NCBI GenBank assembly: GCA_025964985.1
Contig: JAOPXU010000315.1
Location: forward strand, 22,441-86,440
Source of the DNA: Nocardioides sp.
Lineage (GTDB): Bacteria; Actinomycetota; Actinomycetes; Propionibacteriales; Nocardioidaceae
Direction: 5' to 3'
DNA: 64,000 nucleotides
This document shows positions 48,006 to 57,646 of this stretch, in pieces (position 1 is the stretch's first letter; every line of letters begins with the position of its first letter). Position numbers and translations under genes: made by a program. The notes under the pieces are model-generated. The model searched no databases. It was given only the letters and a program-made list of their open reading frames with translations, and had not been told where the DNA came from.

Positions 48006-49178
48006 TCAGACCCGCTGCAGGAGCGTCGCCGTGCCGAGGCCGCCGCCGCAGCACATCGTGACCAGCCCGAGCTCTACGTCGCGCCGCTCCATCTCGGCGA
48101 GCAGGGTCGCGACGAGGCGCGATCCTGACGCACCGACGGGGTGGCCGAGCGCGATGGCGCCGCCGTTGACGTTGACCCGGTCCATGTCGGGCCCGAGCTC
48201 GCGCTCCCACGCCAGGACGACGGACGCGAACGCCTCGTTGACCTCGACCAGGTCGATGTCGGACATCGACAGTCCGTTGCGCTCGAGCAGCCGCTGGGTC
48301 GCCGGGATGGGTCCGGTGAGCATGATCGCGGGGTCTACGCCGACCGTCGTCTGGTCGAGCACCTTGGCCCGCTTGGTGAGCCCGTGGCGTGCGACCGCCT
48401 CGTCCGAGGCGACCAGCACGCCGGCTGCGCCGTCGGTCAGCGGCGAGGAGCTGCCGGCGGTGACCTGGCCGTCGTCTGGTCGGAAGATGGTCTTGAGCCC
48501 GGCCAGGCTCTCCAGGGACGTGCCGGGGCGGATGCCCTGGTCGGAGGTGCGCACCTCGCCGTCGAGCTCGAGGGGGATGATCTCGCGCTCGAACCGGCCG
48601 GCCCTGACGGCCTCGTCGGCGAGCCGGTGCGAGCGCACCGCCAGCTCGTCCATGTCGGCGCGCGAAAGGGCCCACCGGTCGGCGATGCGCTCGGCGGCCT
48701 CGCCCATGGCGGGGAACTCGTGCACCGCGAGCAGCTCGGCGGGCCATGCGGCTCCGAAGAGGCTCTCGGTCTCGGCCACGGCGGTCATCGGGACGTGGCC
48801 CATGTGCTCGACCCCGCCTGCCAGCACGAGGTCGTGGGTGCCGGAGGCGACGAAGGAGGCGGCCACCTCGACAGCGGTCTGGGCGGAGCCGCAGCGACGG
48901 TCGACGACCGTGGCGGGGACCTCGGGCGGGTAGCCGGCCTGGAGCCAGGCATTGCGGGCCACGTTGCGCGACTGCTCGCCGAAGGGTGCGGTGCAGCCGA
49001 TCACCAGGTCATCGACGTCACCCGGGGCGACCCCGGTGGCCCCGAGCAGGGCGCGGTAGACGTCGCCGAGCATCACGTTGGGGTGCACGTCGCGGTACCA
49101 GCCCTTGTCGGGGTGGGCCCTGCCCATGGGGGTGCGCAGTGCCTCGACGATCCAGGCGTCCCGGCCGAGGAGCGGCAT
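48006..49178 (-). CDS. Acyl-CoA thiolase
   Basis: DRRCGSA, EVNEAFA, GGAIALGHP, MCCGGG. Confidence 0.93.
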   Translation of the reverse strand: MPLLGRDAWIVEALRTPMGRAHPDKGWYRDVHPNVMLGDVYRALLGATGVAPGDVDDLVIGCTAPFGEQSRNVARNAWLQAGYPPEVPATVVDRRCGSAQTAVEVAASFVASGTHDLVLAGGVEHMGHVPMTAVAETESLFGAAWPAELLAVHEFPAMGEAAERIADRWALSRADMDELAVRSHRLADEAVRAGRFEREIIPLELDGEVRTSDQGIRPGTSLESLAGLKTIFRPDDGQVTAGSSSPLTDGAAGVLVASDEAVARHGLTKRAKVLDQTTVGVDPAIMLTGPIPATQRLLERNGLSMSDIDLVEVNEAFASVVLAWERELGPDMDRVNVNGGAIALGHPVGASGSRLVATLLAEMERRDVELGLVTMCCGGGLGTATLLQRV

Positions 49179-49936
49179 CAGATGACCGTCCCGCCGTCGA
49201 CGGGCAGGACCTGGCCGGTGATGTAGGACGCCGCGTCGGAGGCGAAGAAGACGAAGGTGGCTGCGATCTCGTCGGGCTGGGCCCAGCGGCCCAGCGGGAT
49301 GCGCGCCAGCGTCTTGGCCGCGAGCTTCTCATTGGCGCGGATTCCCTCGGTCATCGTGGTCGCGGCGAGCGGCGCGATCGCGTTGACCGTCACCTGCCTG
49401 CGAGCCAGCTCCTTGGCGAGCGACTTGGTGATGCCGATGACCGCTGCCTTGGCGGCGCCGTAGTTGACCTGGCCGATCGTGCCGACCAGGCCGGCGGCCG
49501 AGGTCACGTTGATGATCCGGCCGGTGCCGTCGTCGGGCAGGTAGGGCAGGGCGGCTTGGCTGACGGTGAAGGTACCGCCGACGTGGATGGACAGGACACG
49601 GTCGAACGCCTCTCGGGTCATGTCGCCGAACATGGCCGGCGCGATCGCGCCGGCGTTGTTGACCACGACGTGCAGGATGCCGCCGGTCAGGGTGGCCGCC
49701 TGCTCGGCTGCTGCGGCGGCCTGCGCCGCGTCTCGCACGTCGAGTGCGGCGGACTCGGCGCGCCCACCGGCCTGCTGGATCCTCTCGGCCACCGCGGCGG
49801 CGGCGTCCTTGTCGAGGTCGGTGACCAGCACGGCGGCTCCGGCGGCGGCGTAGGCCACGGCTACGGCCGCCCCGATGCCGTTGCCGGCCCCGGTGACGAG
49901 CGCCGAGCGACCGGCGAGGGAGAACGGGGTGGTCAT
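49178..49936 (-). CDS. SDR, 3-oxoacyl reductase / 3-hydroxyacyl-CoA dehydrogenase (FabG-like)
   Basis: TGAGNGIG, NNAG, GQVNYGAAK; start MTTPFSL 49936. Confidence 0.9.
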   Translation of the reverse strand: MTTPFSLAGRSALVTGAGNGIGAAVAVAYAAAGAAVLVTDLDKDAAAAVAERIQQAGGRAESAALDVRDAAQAAAAAEQAATLTGGILHVVVNNAGAIAPAMFGDMTREAFDRVLSIHVGGTFTVSQAALPYLPDDGTGRIINVTSAAGLVGTIGQVNYGAAKAAVIGITKSLAKELARRQVTVNAIAPLAATTMTEGIRANEKLAAKTLARIPLGRWAQPDEIAATFVFFASDAASYITGQVLPVDGGTVI

Positions 49937-51102
49937 CAGTAGCTCCTGGGCAGGCCGAGGACGTGGGAGGCCAGGAAGTTCAGGACCATCTCCTGGCTGA
50001 TGGGGGCGATCCGGGTGAGCCGGGCCTCCCGGAAGTAGCGGGCTACGTGGTACTCCTCGGAGTAGCCCATCCCTCCGTGGGTCTGCAGGGCGCGGTCGGC
50101 GGCGTCGAAGGCGGCGTCGGCGCAGAGGTACTTGGCGGTGTTGGCCTCGCGCCCGCACGGCAGCCCGCGGTCGTAGAGCCAGGTCGACTTGCGCAGCATC
50201 AGCTCGGCGGCGTCCAGGCGGGCCAGCGAGTCGGCCAGGGGGAACTGGATGCCCTGGTTCTTGCCGATCGGGCGACCGAAGACCTCGCGCTCGTTGCCGT
50301 AGCGCACGGCAGCCCGCAGGGCGGCGCGGCCGATCCCGAGTGCCTCGGCCGCGACCAGCGACCGCTCGGGGTTGAGGCCGTCGAGGATGTACTCGAACCC
50401 CTGGCCCTCCTCACCGACGCGGTGCGCCTCGGGGATGCGCAGGTCGTCGATGAAGAGCTCGTTGGACGTGATCGCGTTGCGACCCATCTTGCGGATCGGA
50501 CGGACGTCGACGTGGGCGCGGTCGAGGTCGGTGAAGAACAGGGTGAGGCCGTCGGTCTTCTTCGCGGAGTCCTCGAACTTCGCTGTGCGGGTCAGCAGGA
50601 GGATCTTCTCCGACTCCATCGCCTTGGAGATCCACACCTTGCGACCGTTGACCACGTAGTCGGTGCCGTCGCGCTTGGCGAAGGTGGTGATGCGGGTGGT
50701 GTCCAGACCCGCCCCGGGCTCGGTCACACCGAAGCAGACGTGCAGGTCGCCGCCGGCGATGCGGGGCAGGTTCTCCTGCTTCATCTCGTCCGAGCCGTGC
50801 ACGATCACCGGGTGCATGCCGAAGATCGACATGTGCATCGAGCTGGCGCCGTTCATGCCGGCCCCCGACGCGGCGATCTCCTCGAGCAGGATCGACGCCT
50901 CGGTGATGCCGAGCCCGGCACCGCCGTACTGCTCGGGTGTGGTGACCCCGAGCCATCCACCCGCGGCGAACGTGTCGTAGAACTCGGTCGGGAACTCGTG
51001 GGCCTGGTCCTTCTCCAACCAGTACTGGTCGTCGAACTTGCCAGCGAGCTCGGCGACCGCCTTCTTGATCTCCGTCTGGTCCTCGGTCAGGTCGAAGTCC
51101 AC
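49936..51102 (-). CDS. Acyl-CoA dehydrogenase
   Basis: FGVTEPGAG, GLNPER, VFGRPIGKNQG, RIAPISQEM. Confidence 0.93.
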   Translation of the reverse strand: MDFDLTEDQTEIKKAVAELAGKFDDQYWLEKDQAHEFPTEFYDTFAAGGWLGVTTPEQYGGAGLGITEASILLEEIAASGAGMNGASSMHMSIFGMHPVIVHGSDEMKQENLPRIAGGDLHVCFGVTEPGAGLDTTRITTFAKRDGTDYVVNGRKVWISKAMESEKILLLTRTAKFEDSAKKTDGLTLFFTDLDRAHVDVRPIRKMGRNAITSNELFIDDLRIPEAHRVGEEGQGFEYILDGLNPERSLVAAEALGIGRAALRAAVRYGNEREVFGRPIGKNQGIQFPLADSLARLDAAELMLRKSTWLYDRGLPCGREANTAKYLCADAAFDAADRALQTHGGMGYSEEYHVARYFREARLTRIAPISQEMVLNFLASHVLGLPRSY

Positions 51103-51162
51103 GATCCGTCCGTTCTCTCGTGGCCGTCCATCGATGCGACGGCTAAAGGTGTGGCTTTAGTT

Positions 51163-51177
51163 AATGGTAAGACCATT
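51163..51177. promoter_or_regulatory. FadR/GntR-type operator
   Basis: AATGGTAAGACCATT in spacer of minus-strand promoter with -35 TTGACG. Confidence 0.75.
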
Positions 51178-52259
51178 TAAGCCGTCAACCCCAGACGGGT
51201 GGCCAATCGTTCGTTCCAGGCCGGAGGAGCCCCCCACAGGGCCTCGTCGAGCCGGGCGCGCTTGTAGAGCAGGTGCAGGTCGTGCTCCCACGTGTAGCCG
51301 ATCGCCCCGTGCATCGTCAGGGCCGTGTCCGCGGCCCGCGACGCCGCGGCGGTCACCTGGGCCTTGACGGCTGCCGCGTGCATGGCCCGTTCCTCGTGGC
51401 CACCCTCGACCGAGGCCGCAGCGAAGTAGACGCCGGAGCGGCCCGCCTCGACGTCGACGAGGATCGAGGCCGCGGCGTGCTTGACCGCCTGGAACGATCC
51501 GATCGGCACGCCGAACTGGTGACGCTGCAGGCTGTAGGCCACCGCCATCTCGAGCATCCGCTCCATGGCGCCGAGAGCATCGGCCGCCACGAGGACGCCA
51601 CCGAGGTCGGCGGCCCTGTCCAGTGCCGCCGTTGCGTCGACGTCGACGACCTCGGAGGGCACCGCATCGAGGACCACGTCGGCGACCGACCGCGACCGGT
51701 CGAGCAACCGACGCGGTGTCACGGCGGCCGAGCCCGACGCGATCCGTCGCAACGCGGGACCACCGGGGCCCGTGACGACCGCCAGCAGCACCTGGGCGCC
51801 CTCGACTCCCAGCACCTGGTCGACGCGACCGCTCACCCGGCCGTCGACGCCGATCTCGAGCGGACGGGCGGACCCGGGCAGCGAGCCGCTGCTGACGAGC
51901 AGCGCCGCCCCCCCCGCGAGCGACTCCGTGACCAGGTCGGGACTCCGGCCGAGCGCGGCGACAGCCGCCATCGTGGCCAGCCACGACCCGCTGGGCGCTG
52001 TGGCCCGACCGAGCTCCTCGGCGGACAGCGCCAGCTCGACCACGCCGCCGCCCTGTCCGCCGAGGTCCTCGGCGACGCCGACCCCCGACATCCCGTCCTC
52101 GGTCATCCGGGCGTCCAGGTCCGCGGCGGCCTCCAGGGCCGCCCCGGCCAGCGGCGACTCCCACCACAGGCGTACCTGCTCGGGCGAGGCGACGTCGCCG
52201 AGCCACCCGCGCAGGGCCCCCTGGTAGGCGACCTGCTCCTCAGACAGCTTCCAGTGCAT
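51177..52259 (-). CDS. Acyl-CoA dehydrogenase, short/beta subunit of heteromeric ACAD
   Basis: RHQFGVPIGSFQAVKH, HGAIGYTWEHDLHLLYKRA; lacks SEP.GSD motif; start MHWKLSEE 52259. Confidence 0.85.
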   Translation of the reverse strand: MHWKLSEEQVAYQGALRGWLGDVASPEQVRLWWESPLAGAALEAAADLDARMTEDGMSGVGVAEDLGGQGGGVVELALSAEELGRATAPSGSWLATMAAVAALGRSPDLVTESLAGGAALLVSSGSLPGSARPLEIGVDGRVSGRVDQVLGVEGAQVLLAVVTGPGGPALRRIASGSAAVTPRRLLDRSRSVADVVLDAVPSEVVDVDATAALDRAADLGGVLVAADALGAMERMLEMAVAYSLQRHQFGVPIGSFQAVKHAAASILVDVEAGRSGVYFAAASVEGGHEERAMHAAAVKAQVTAAASRAADTALTMHGAIGYTWEHDLHLLYKRARLDEALWGAPPAWNERLATRLGLTA

Positions 52260-52340
52260 CGGCGGTGTTCCTCTCGGTGTGGGGATGTCCAGCGGCGACC
52301 TGGCGGGCTGCCGTGCGACAAGACGTCGGACTGTTAAGTT

Positions 52341-52351
52341 GGGCCTGACCA
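52341..52351. promoter_or_regulatory. FadR/GntR-type operator (autoregulatory)
   Basis: GGGCCTGACCA immediately after -10 TAAGTT upstream of gntR. Confidence 0.55.
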
Positions 52352-52387
52352 CAACAGCGCACGGGTGCACGACGAACGGGGAGACCG

Positions 52388-53152
52388 ATGGCGGTGGGCG
52401 AGGTCCCCACGGACGGCATCCGGCGACCGGTACAGCTGTCGCCGATGCAGGTGCCCAAGGCGTCCGACGTGCTGGCCGACGACCTGCGTGAGCGCATCCT
52501 GCGCGGCGAGTTCCCCGAGGGCACCGCCCTCCCGCCCGAGCGCGAGCTCGTGCTGCAGACGCGGATGAGCCGCACGACGGTGCGCGAGGCCCTGCGAATC
52601 CTCGAGGTCCAGGGCCTGGTGCAGATCCGGACCGGTCGCGCCGGTGGCGCCTTCGTGCAACGACCCGGTGAGGAGTCGATCGCGAGCTCGGTGACGCTGA
52701 TGATCCGCGGCCGGCGGATCCGGATGGCGGCGCTGCTCGAGACCCGGGAGACCATCGAGCCGGCATGCGCGATGTTCGCCGCCCGCAGCCGCACCGACGA
52801 GGACCTCGAGGCGCTCGAGGAGGCCAACCGACGCATCGCGATCGAGGGGCCGCTGAGCGAGTTCCTCAAGGCCAACGTCGACTGGCACATCGCCGTCGCC
52901 ATCGCCTCCCACAACGAGCTGCTGACCGGGTTCATGCTCGCGCTGTCGCGGGCCATCTACGCCTCCACCGACAACCAGGGGTTCATCGACGCCGCCGTGC
53001 GCCGCACGACGGTGCAGGCGCACGGGTCGATCACCAAGGCGATCCGCGAGCGCGACCCCAACGCCGCGGTCCGACGGATGCAGCGCCACGTGCACGCGTA
53101 CGCCGAGGCGGTGCTCGAGGTCGAGCCCCGCACCGCCATCGACGTGCCCTGA
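52388..53152 (+). CDS. GntR family, FadR-subfamily regulator (FCD domain)
   Basis: LPPEREL...SRTTVREAL...GRAGGAFV wHTH; FCD with WHIAVA...HN motif. Confidence 0.93.
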   Translation: MAVGEVPTDGIRRPVQLSPMQVPKASDVLADDLRERILRGEFPEGTALPPERELVLQTRMSRTTVREALRILEVQGLVQIRTGRAGGAFVQRPGEESIASSVTLMIRGRRIRMAALLETRETIEPACAMFAARSRTDEDLEALEEANRRIAIEGPLSEFLKANVDWHIAVAIASHNELLTGFMLALSRAIYASTDNQGFIDAAVRRTTVQAHGSITKAIRERDPNAAVRRMQRHVHAYAEAVLEVEPRTAIDVP

Positions 53153-53177
53153 GCCGCAGGGGCCACCAGCACCCTCG

Positions 53178-55124
53178 TCATCGCAGGTCCTTGACCCGCT
53201 CGCGGATCTCGTCGACGGCCTGGGGGTTCTCGGCCCCCGAGAGGTCCCCGGCGTCGATGTCGAGCACGGCGGCGCGGATCGCGCGGCGCATTATCTTGGC
53301 CGAGCGGGTCTTGGGCAGCTGCTCGACGCGCACCACCCGACTCGGCGCGAACGGCTTCCCGACGCCCTCCGCGACGCGGGCGCGCAGCCGCTGCGCGACC
53401 TCGGGCTCCTGCGCCTCCTGGGCGCCGCGGTCACCCTTGCCGACGTAGAACACCCACACCGCCTCGCCCTTGGTCGGATCGGGCACCCCGACGACCGCGG
53501 ACTCCGCGACCGCCTCGTCGGCAGCCACGACGGACTCGATCTCGGCGGGGGCCACCCGCTTGCCGGCCACGTTCATCACGTCATCGGAGCGCCCGAGGAT
53601 GAACCAGCTGCCGCTGTCGTCGACCAGGGCGAAGTCGCCGTGGCGCCACAGTCCCTCGAACGTCGACCAGTAGGCCGCGTGGTAGCGCTCCCCGGTCGCG
53701 TCGTTCCAGATGCCCTTGGTCATCGCGGGCCAGGGCTGGCGACAGACGAGCTCGCCGATCTCGCCGCGCACCGGCCGCGCCTGGTCGTCGACGACGTCGA
53801 CGTCCATCCCCAGCGCAGGACCGCCCAACGAGCAGCTGGTGATCTCCTCGACGGGGTAGGGGCACAGGAACGACCCGCCGACCTCGGTGCCGCCGGAGAA
53901 GTTGATCACCGGGACCCGGGAGTCGAAGACGTCGCGGGCCAGCCACTCGTAGGACTCGGGGTCCCATGGCTCGCCGGTCGAACCGAGGACCCGCACGCTC
54001 GACAAGTCGTGCTCGGGCAGCCGGCCCGCAGCACGCAGCGTGCGGATGAGCGTGGGGCTGACGCCGAGCATCGAGACCTGGTGGCGCTCGACCATCGACC
54101 AGAGCCGGTCGGTGTCGGGCACGTCGGGCGATCCCTCGTAGAGCAGCAGGGTACCGCCGGTGGCGTGAGTGCCCAGGATCGACAGCGGGCCCATGATCCA
54201 GCCCATGTCGGTGATCCAGCAGAACGTGCGGCCGGGCTCCATCTCGAAGCCGTAGGCCACCTCACACGCGGTCTTGACCACGAAGCCGGCGTGGGTGTGC
54301 ACGGCGCCCTTGGGCCTGCCGGTCGTGCCGGAGGTGTAGGCGAGCAGCAGGACGTCGTCGGCGGCGGTGTCGGCCACCTGGTCGTCGGGGTCGTGGGCCA
54401 GCAGGCTGCTCCACGCCACCTCGGACCCCGCGAGGACGGGCTCGGCCTCGAGGTTGCCGACCACTACGACGGTCTCGACGCTCGGGCACGATGCCAGGGC
54501 GGCGCGCAGGTGCGGCAGCAGCGGGGTGCTGCGCCGCCTGCGCACGGTCCCGTCGGCGGTGATGATGGCCCTCGCCGCGGCGTCCTGGAGCCGGCTGGCG
54601 ATCGCGGGGGCGGCGAAGCCGGAGAAGAGCGGGACGAGCATCGCGCCCAGGCTCGCCACGGCATAGGTCGCCACCACGGCCTCAGCCGTCATCGGGAGGT
54701 AGATCGCAACGGCGTCGCCCCGGCCCACGCCGTGCGCCCGCAGCCCGGCGCGCACGCGGGCGACCTGGTCGGCGAGCTCAGCGAAGGTCAGCGAGTCGAT
54801 CGTGCCGTCCTCGGCCTCGTGCACGACGGCCACGGCGTCGGGGGTGCGTGCGACCCAGGTGCCGAGGCAGGCGTCTACCGCGTTGAGCCGTCCACCGGGG
54901 AACCAGCGGGGGTGCGCGGCGCCACCGGAGGCGTCGAGGACCTGGGTGTAGGGGGTGCTGAAGGGGATGGCGAGGTCGTCGACCACGGTCTCCCAGAAGG
55001 CGGCCACGTCGGCGACCGAGGCCGCGCGCAGCTCGTCGACGGTGTCCACGCCCATGCGGCGCATCAGGCGAGCGACGTTGCTGTGCTCGAGGTAGTCGGC
55101 CGACGGCGTCCACGTGTAGGTCAC
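53178..55124 (-). CDS. AMP-dependent acyl-CoA synthetase (acetate/acetoacetate-CoA ligase-like)
   Basis: YTSGTTGRPKG, TDMGWIMGP, STGEPW, GRSDD, LPKTRSAKIMRR; GTG start 55124. Confidence 0.92.
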   Translation of the reverse strand: MTYTWTPSADYLEHSNVARLMRRMGVDTVDELRAASVADVAAFWETVVDDLAIPFSTPYTQVLDASGGAAHPRWFPGGRLNAVDACLGTWVARTPDAVAVVHEAEDGTIDSLTFAELADQVARVRAGLRAHGVGRGDAVAIYLPMTAEAVVATYAVASLGAMLVPLFSGFAAPAIASRLQDAAARAIITADGTVRRRRSTPLLPHLRAALASCPSVETVVVVGNLEAEPVLAGSEVAWSSLLAHDPDDQVADTAADDVLLLAYTSGTTGRPKGAVHTHAGFVVKTACEVAYGFEMEPGRTFCWITDMGWIMGPLSILGTHATGGTLLLYEGSPDVPDTDRLWSMVERHQVSMLGVSPTLIRTLRAAGRLPEHDLSSVRVLGSTGEPWDPESYEWLARDVFDSRVPVINFSGGTEVGGSFLCPYPVEEITSCSLGGPALGMDVDVVDDQARPVRGEIGELVCRQPWPAMTKGIWNDATGERYHAAYWSTFEGLWRHGDFALVDDSGSWFILGRSDDVMNVAGKRVAPAEIESVVAADEAVAESAVVGVPDPTKGEAVWVFYVGKGDRGAQEAQEPEVAQRLRARVAEGVGKPFAPSRVVRVEQLPKTRSAKIMRRAIRAAVLDIDAGDLSGAENPQAVDEIRERVKDLR

Positions 55125-56317
55125 GACGCCCCTCCGGTCGCGACCCGCGGCATCTTGAGGATGCGCTCGGCGGCGATGTTGCGCTGGATGTAGGTCGAGC
55201 CGCCGGCGATGGCGGTGCCCCGGGCCTGGTTGGCCAGGCGGAGCCAGGACCGGACGTCGATCGACGCGTCGTCCTCGAGGTCGAGCTGGCCACCGAGCGG
55301 GGCCATCGAGAGCCGGAAGTCGGCGAGGTCCTCGACGAGCGGGCAGAAGTAGAGCTTGCCGATCGAAGTGACCGGTCCCGGCGGCACGCCGGCGTCGGCG
55401 CCGGTGATGACGCGCTGGCTGATCGCGTGGTGGATCATCGCGCGGCCCCACAGGTCGGCGACCTTCTGGCGTACGAGCGGGTCGTCGCCGAGCGGTCGCC
55501 CGTCGGCGTCGAGCGCCCCGCGCACGTCCTCGACGATCTCGGCCACGGCCTTGGTGGTGTTGACCCGGCCGGTGGCGATGGCGACCCGCTCGAAGGCCAG
55601 GGTGCCCATGGCGACCTGCCAGCCGCCGTCGACCTCGCCCACCACGAGCTCGTCGGGGATGAAGACGTCGTCGAGGAAGACCTCGTTGAACTCCGCCTCC
55701 CCGAGCATGTGGCGCAGCGGACGCACGGTGATGCCGTCGGAGTCCATGGGCAGCAGGAAGAACGTGATGCCGCGGTGGCGCTCACCGCCGCCGGTGCGCG
55801 CCAGCAGGATGGCGTGCTGGGCGATCTGGGCGCGACTGGTCCAGATCTTCTGGCCCGAGACCTGGTAGCCACCGGCGACCTTGACGGCCTTGGTGCGCAG
55901 GCTGGCCAGGTCGGACCCGGACCCCGGCTCGGAGAAGAGCTGGCACCAGATCGCGTCGCCGGTCAGGATCGGCCGCAGGAACCGCTCCTGCTGCTGCGGG
56001 GTGCCGAAGTGGGCGATGGTCGGGCCGCAGAAGTCCTCGCCGATGATGTTGAGCCGCTCGGGCGCACCGGCGCGGTCGCACTCCTGTCCGAAGACCGAGC
56101 GCATCCGCTCGTCGAGGCCCTGACCGCCGTGCTCCGTGCCCCAGGTCAGACCGGCCAGGCCCTCCTCGAAGAGCATCCGCTGCCACTGCTGCCAGAACGC
56201 CTGCTTGGCCTCGAGGTCAGGAGGCTCGGGCCAGGACAGCTGCGGTAGCGCCTGCGCCAACCAGCCGCGTACACGCGCCCGGAACTCGGCCTCGTCCGGC
56301 GCATCGGCCAGGTCCAT
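55121..56317 (-). CDS. Acyl-CoA dehydrogenase, alpha subunit of heteromeric ACAD
   Basis: WCQLFSEPGSGSDLASL, EFNEVF, LAFER, IQRNIAAERIL. Confidence 0.9.
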   Translation of the reverse strand: MDLADAPDEAEFRARVRGWLAQALPQLSWPEPPDLEAKQAFWQQWQRMLFEEGLAGLTWGTEHGGQGLDERMRSVFGQECDRAGAPERLNIIGEDFCGPTIAHFGTPQQQERFLRPILTGDAIWCQLFSEPGSGSDLASLRTKAVKVAGGYQVSGQKIWTSRAQIAQHAILLARTGGGERHRGITFFLLPMDSDGITVRPLRHMLGEAEFNEVFLDDVFIPDELVVGEVDGGWQVAMGTLAFERVAIATGRVNTTKAVAEIVEDVRGALDADGRPLGDDPLVRQKVADLWGRAMIHHAISQRVITGADAGVPPGPVTSIGKLYFCPLVEDLADFRLSMAPLGGQLDLEDDASIDVRSWLRLANQARGTAIAGGSTYIQRNIAAERILKMPRVATGGAS

Positions 56318-56379
56318 CGCGACTCCTCCACACCCCGGCGCGGCGCGCCGCTCCAGTCAGAACCCGGCCGACATTACAA

Positions 56380-56390
56380 TGGTCAGACCA
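56380..56390. promoter_or_regulatory. FadR/GntR-type operator (consensus copy)
   Basis: TGGTCAGACCA in 17-bp spacer between -35 TTGCTC and -10 TAATGT (minus strand). Confidence 0.75.
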
Positions 56391-56408
56391 TAAGAGCAAT
56401 GGAGGGTG

Positions 56409-57617
56409 TCACTCGTCGTGTGCCCCGATGGTCAGGCGCAGGTAGGTCGAGATCGCCTCGGCCCGGTTCTCCACGCGCAGCTTGCGCAGCACCTGCTTGA
56501 CGTGCGACTTCACCGTGGCGGTGGCGATCACCAGGCGTTGCGCGATGCGGTCGTTGGTCGCCCCGGTGGCCATCAGCGCGAGCACCTCGAGCTCGCGCTG
56601 CGTGAGCAGCTTCTCCAGCATCGCGGGTCGCTCGGCGACCAGGGGCCGCAGCGGTCGGGTGACGGCCACCGCGGTGGGCTCGTGGTGGGTGGCCAGCTCG
56701 ATCTCGCTCGTGGCCAGCGCCTCGAGCACGGTCTCGACCGTACGCATCACGCGCAGCACCTCGGCGCGTTGGTCGCGCAGGCGCGCGAGCAGGACCGCGC
56801 GCTCGTAGACCTGGGCGAAGCCGATGGCGAAGGACCACAGGATGTCGCGGTCCAGCGGGGTCACCTCAGACCCCCGGTTGTCGGCGTGCAGCAGGCCGAT
56901 CACCCGCTCGCCCGAGATGATCGGGGCGGCCACGTAGGACCGCAGCTCGGAGGCTTCCGCCAGCGGGGCGTAGACCCGGGGATCGCGGGAGGCGTCGACC
57001 ACCATGACGCCCTCGCGGCGGCGTACGAGCTCGCTCTCGAGGACCATGTGGGACAGCTGGATGCTCGGCACCTCGCGGATCCACTCGGCGAAGCGGCGCT
57101 CCGCGCCCGCCATCACGGTGGAGTGGCTGCGCCACGGGCGCCACACCCCGTCCTCGACCCGCGAGAGCATCACCCGCTCGAACCCGCCAGCGCGGGTGCC
57201 CAGCTCACAGGCAACCTCGAGCAGCGCGTTCTGGTCGGTGATGCGCCGCAGTTCTTGCAACCCGCTGTCGAGCTGGTCGAGGCGCCGCAGGCGCTCGTTG
57301 CCCAGCAGGTCGTGGATGCCGAAGCGCACCTGGTGCAGCTCGTGCAGCACCTGGCTGTGCTCGGCCACCTCGGTGCGGTCCAGGGCGACGTCGACGTCGC
57401 GCAACCGCTCGCGTAGCAGGCCCTGCAGCACGGCCAGCTGGCCGTCGAGGGTCCGCAGGTCCGCGGCCGGCGTCGCTCCGGCCTCGGCCACGTCGTCGGG
57501 ATCGGCCGCGGCCGGGCCGGCGGCAAGGAGGCGCCGCGCCTCCCCGTGCACCGCCGCGCCCGTCCTGGCCAGCTCAGCGCGCCGCTTCGCCGCCACGGCC
57601 GAGGTGCTCTGCGTCAT
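56409..57617 (-). CDS. GAF-domain LuxR-family transcriptional activator (second paralog)
   Basis: GFERVMLSRV...SYVAAPIISGERVIGLLHAD; HTH LTQRELEVLALMATGATNDRIAQRLVIATATVKSHV. Confidence 0.92.
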   Translation of the reverse strand: MTQSTSAVAAKRRAELARTGAAVHGEARRLLAAGPAAADPDDVAEAGATPAADLRTLDGQLAVLQGLLRERLRDVDVALDRTEVAEHSQVLHELHQVRFGIHDLLGNERLRRLDQLDSGLQELRRITDQNALLEVACELGTRAGGFERVMLSRVEDGVWRPWRSHSTVMAGAERRFAEWIREVPSIQLSHMVLESELVRRREGVMVVDASRDPRVYAPLAEASELRSYVAAPIISGERVIGLLHADNRGSEVTPLDRDILWSFAIGFAQVYERAVLLARLRDQRAEVLRVMRTVETVLEALATSEIELATHHEPTAVAVTRPLRPLVAERPAMLEKLLTQRELEVLALMATGATNDRIAQRLVIATATVKSHVKQVLRKLRVENRAEAISTYLRLTIGAHDE

Positions 57618-57646
57618 GTGTCCGTCCTCGTCGGTCCACCCCGTCG

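Noticed and set aside
55121-56317. ACAD inactivated because GGSTYIQ lacks Glu
   Set aside because: In this subfamily the catalytic Glu is expected in the LxxER motif (LAFER), which is retained
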